Of a stretch of DNA of 64,000 nt, positions 61,576 through 64,000 are shown piece by piece. The stretch's first letter is position 1. Each line of letters starts with the position of its first letter. The position numbers and the translations under genes are program-made. The notes beneath the pieces are model-generated. The model was not told the origin of the DNA. It made no database searches and was given only the letters and a program-made list of their open reading frames with translations. Source of the stretch: Pelagomonas calceolata (lineage: Eukaryota); assembly GCA_918797485.1 (NCBI GenBank), contig CAKKNE010000004.1:4340001-4404000 (forward strand), in the 5' to 3' direction.

Positions 61576-62298
61576 ATGTTCGACCAAGATCGCGTCAATA
61601 GTAAGCATGGCGGCGGCGGCTTGCAGTCTTCCGAGCAGGCGAACTTGGATAGACGAGAGAGATTGAGGAAATTAGCGCTAGAAACGGTGGATTTGAATAA
61701 AGACCCGTACTTTATGAAGAACCACCTCGGGAGTTACGAATGTAAATTGTGCTTGACCTTGCACAACACGGAGGGGAATTACTTGGCGCATACGCAAGGG
61801 AAACGCCACCAGCAAAACTTGGCGAGAAGAGCATTTAAAGACGCGCGCGACGCGCCTATCTTACCAACCCCGGCCAAGTACGTTGAGAAGAGACACGCCA
61901 TCAAGATCGGGCGGCCGGGCTACAAGGTCACGAAGTCGCGGGATGCGTCGAGTGGCCAGCGCGCGTTGCTCTTTGAGGTCGACTATCCGGAAGCGGATGC
62001 GACGGTGCAGCCGCGCCACCGCTTCATGTCCGCGTACGAGCAGCGCGTCGAGCCGCCGGACAAGAACTACCAGTATCTACTCTTCGCCTGCGAGCCGTAT
62101 GAAACGATCGGTTTTAAAGTGCCAAATGACGCCGTCGACAAGGGCGAGGACCGCTTCTTCACGAACTGGGACGTGGTGGGGAAGAAGTTTACGCTGTCCT
62201 TGCAGTTCGCCGACGAGGATTTGCGGAAGACTACGCCGGCGCCTGGTTCGGGGGGCGGGAAGCACCGCGCGGACCTGCGCTACGACATGAAGTACTAA
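61576..62298 (+). CDS. SF3A2: Splicing factor 3A subunit 2 (PRP11)
   Basis: DRRERLRKLALETVDLNKDPYFMKNHLGSYECKLCLTLH, KIGRPGYKVTK, PRHRFMSAYEQ. Confidence 0.97.
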   Translation: MFDQDRVNSKHGGGGLQSSEQANLDRRERLRKLALETVDLNKDPYFMKNHLGSYECKLCLTLHNTEGNYLAHTQGKRHQQNLARRAFKDARDAPILPTPAKYVEKRHAIKIGRPGYKVTKSRDASSGQRALLFEVDYPEADATVQPRHRFMSAYEQRVEPPDKNYQYLLFACEPYETIGFKVPNDAVDKGEDRFFTNWDVVGKKFTLSLQFADEDLRKTTPAPGSGGGKHRADLRYDMKY

Positions 62299-62766
62299 GA
62301 ATCGTAGGTTATTCTTCGCGTCGACGGCGTGGCGATCGGGGGTTCGCGCACGCGGCCAGGCTCCTTGCGCCGGCTCCAGAGTCATTGCTTGGTTCGCGGT
62401 GCTGACGACGCGCCGCCACGGCGGCCCGGCCGATGCCGAGGTCCCCGTCGGCGGGAAGGTTCTTTGCGAGTACACCATACCCACCGGTACGCCGTCGCCG
62501 CGACCCGCAAGCTCACGGCCTCACGGCCTGCCGCCATTTCCCCCTCAACGGATAAGGGCAGCGCCGAGAGCGGCGCCCTCGCAAATACGAAGCAGCGCTG
62601 TGGCCAGGGCGCCGGGGCAGCAAGAGGCAAACCTCCACGACTCTCCGGAGACGCCAGGACGCGCCCGGCGCACGAAGAAGCTGCCAGGAGCCGCGCTAGG
62701 CAGGCGGCCACTACCAAAGGCAGCGGTGCCGCAGCGGTGCCGGCGAGGCTGCCCCGCGCACACAAG

Positions 62767-64000
62767 ATGGACGACGAGCTCCCCCCCCTCGCCCGCGACA
62801 GCGCATCACCGCCGCGGCGCCTCATGCACGCGCCCGATTTGGGACCGGCCCCCAGCGTCCCAGACGTCGACGCGAACATCGGCCGAAAGGATTTGAGGTA
62901 CGACGCCCTCGTCGAGGCCGTCCGGCGCCAGAACTGGGCCTGCGCGAAGCGCAAGAAGCGCAAAGCTTTACCGGTCAAGCGGAGCACGGAGGACGTCGAG
63001 AGCCAGTCGACGGCCTTTTCTACCAGTACTGGTATACAGATAGCCCAGATAAAGAAGTGCTGCGAGTTCATTGACCAGACCTTTGGCGACGGCGACGGCG
63101 AGATCTCCTTGCCGGAGCTCGAGGCGGCTTTTCGACGAATGAGGAGGGAACGGGCGGCGGTTCGGCTGCGGGAGCGCGGCAGAGCTCTCGGCCGACGCCT
63201 AGCTGTTTTGTTAAGAAGAAGGGGCCACGACTGCGTGTCCTTCGTGAAGTGCGTCGATGCTGGTTCGAAGGATGGGAAACTCACACCGGTCGAGTTGGAA
63301 AGAGGTATCAAGAAGTACGTCGACGAGGACAAGCAGATGGTCTCGTCGGGCGCGCTCGGTGCGGCTGGAAGTGCGGATCTTGGGTTGGACTCGACGTCGC
63401 GCGCGGTCATCGCCCAACACAGAAGGGAGATGCGCGACCGTATCAAAGATGACGCCGCCGCGTTGATAGCTTTAGAACAGTCCGCTGTTCTAGATGACTC
63501 CTTCGGCGTGTCCGACGCCACGACGCAAAACCTCAAAGGGAAAATAACGTTCTCGGGCCAGGACATCACCGACTTGATTCGCTTCTTAGACCCGAACGCC
63601 GACGGCGACGTCTCCGCGACGGAACTCCAAGCAGGCTTGGACCTGGCCAAAGCGCCGCCCCCGCAACAGAGTTTTTGTGACGACTCCTTCGTCCTGATGA
63701 ACAAGTTCGAAGCGTCGATGAAGAAAAAAGCACAAACTGTGGTTAGATTGTTCCACGAGATCGACGCCGACCGCAGCGGCAAGCTCGATATTAGGGAGCT
63801 CGGGGTGGCCTTAGATGCGCTCGCGGGGCCTTCTGCCCGAGAGCGGGCGCTGAAAAAGCTCGCTGAAAAGCGGGAGCGCCAGGAGCGCGAGCGCCAGCGG
63901 AAGGAGGAAGCCGATCGACTTGCGAGAGAAGCGCGGAAGGCCAAGGCCGAGGCCGCCGGCGCGCCTCGAGTGTTGGGTCGCATCGACGCGATTCTCAAAC
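62767..64000 (+). CDS. EF-hand protein, 3'-partial
   Basis: Frame open from ATG 62767 to the window end (absent from the ORF track because it has no stop); EF loops GDGDGEISLPE, DPNADGDVSATE, DADRSGKLDIRE. Confidence 0.75.
   Translation, partial: MDDELPPLARDSASPPRRLMHAPDLGPAPSVPDVDANIGRKDLRYDALVEAVRRQNWACAKRKKRKALPVKRSTEDVESQSTAFSTSTGIQIAQIKKCCEFIDQTFGDGDGEISLPELEAAFRRMRRERAAVRLRERGRALGRRLAVLLRRRGHDCVSFVKCVDAGSKDGKLTPVELERGIKKYVDEDKQMVSSGALGAAGSADLGLDSTSRAVIAQHRREMRDRIKDDAAALIALEQSAVLDDSFGVSDATTQNLKGKITFSGQDITDLIRFLDPNADGDVSATELQAGLDLAKAPPPQQSFCDDSFVLMNKFEASMKKKAQTVVRLFHEIDADRSGKLDIRELGVALDALAGPSARERALKKLAEKRERQERERQRKEEADRLAREARKAKAEAAGAPRVLGRIDAILK

Noticed and set aside
62382..63998. 538-aa minus-strand ORF
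   Set aside because: Antisense shadow of the plus-strand EF-hand gene; no motifs of its own.
1..64000. tRNA/rRNA genes and an autonomous transposase
   Set aside because: No T-loop or cloverleaf pattern, rRNA-like block or DDE/RT motif recognised by eye; tRNAscan-SE and Rfam scans would be needed to exclude them.

Overview
Gene-dense, GC-rich eukaryotic nuclear DNA from a photosynthetic stramenopile, most likely a pelagophyte such as Pelagomonas or Aureococcus. This is inferred from a fucoxanthin-chlorophyll LHC protein, ASAFAP-type plastid presequences and short introns with Introner-like features. About 35 protein-coding genes are recognisable, including PGR5, an LHC, PreP, APC7, two Rab8/RabE paralogs, Ssf1/PPAN, a TTC13-like protein, TrmA, TAP42, ATAT1, SF3A2, a NudC-type Nudix hydrolase and a plasmepsin V-like protease. 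I saw no tRNA, rRNA, CRISPR array or transposase. Most notable: (1) three recurrent CTAG-based intergenic motifs with a consistent order between gene ends and starts; (2) a family of hairpin- or TIR-bearing introns, one with a 7-bp target-site duplication; (3) three related modular chromatin/DNA-binding proteins, two of which share an unrecognised repeated Zn-finger-like domain; (4) a NudC-CP12-like fusion; (5) headless terminal exons, including a syntaxin C-terminus. All domain calls come from motifs recognised by eye, not database searches, and splice sites are inferred.
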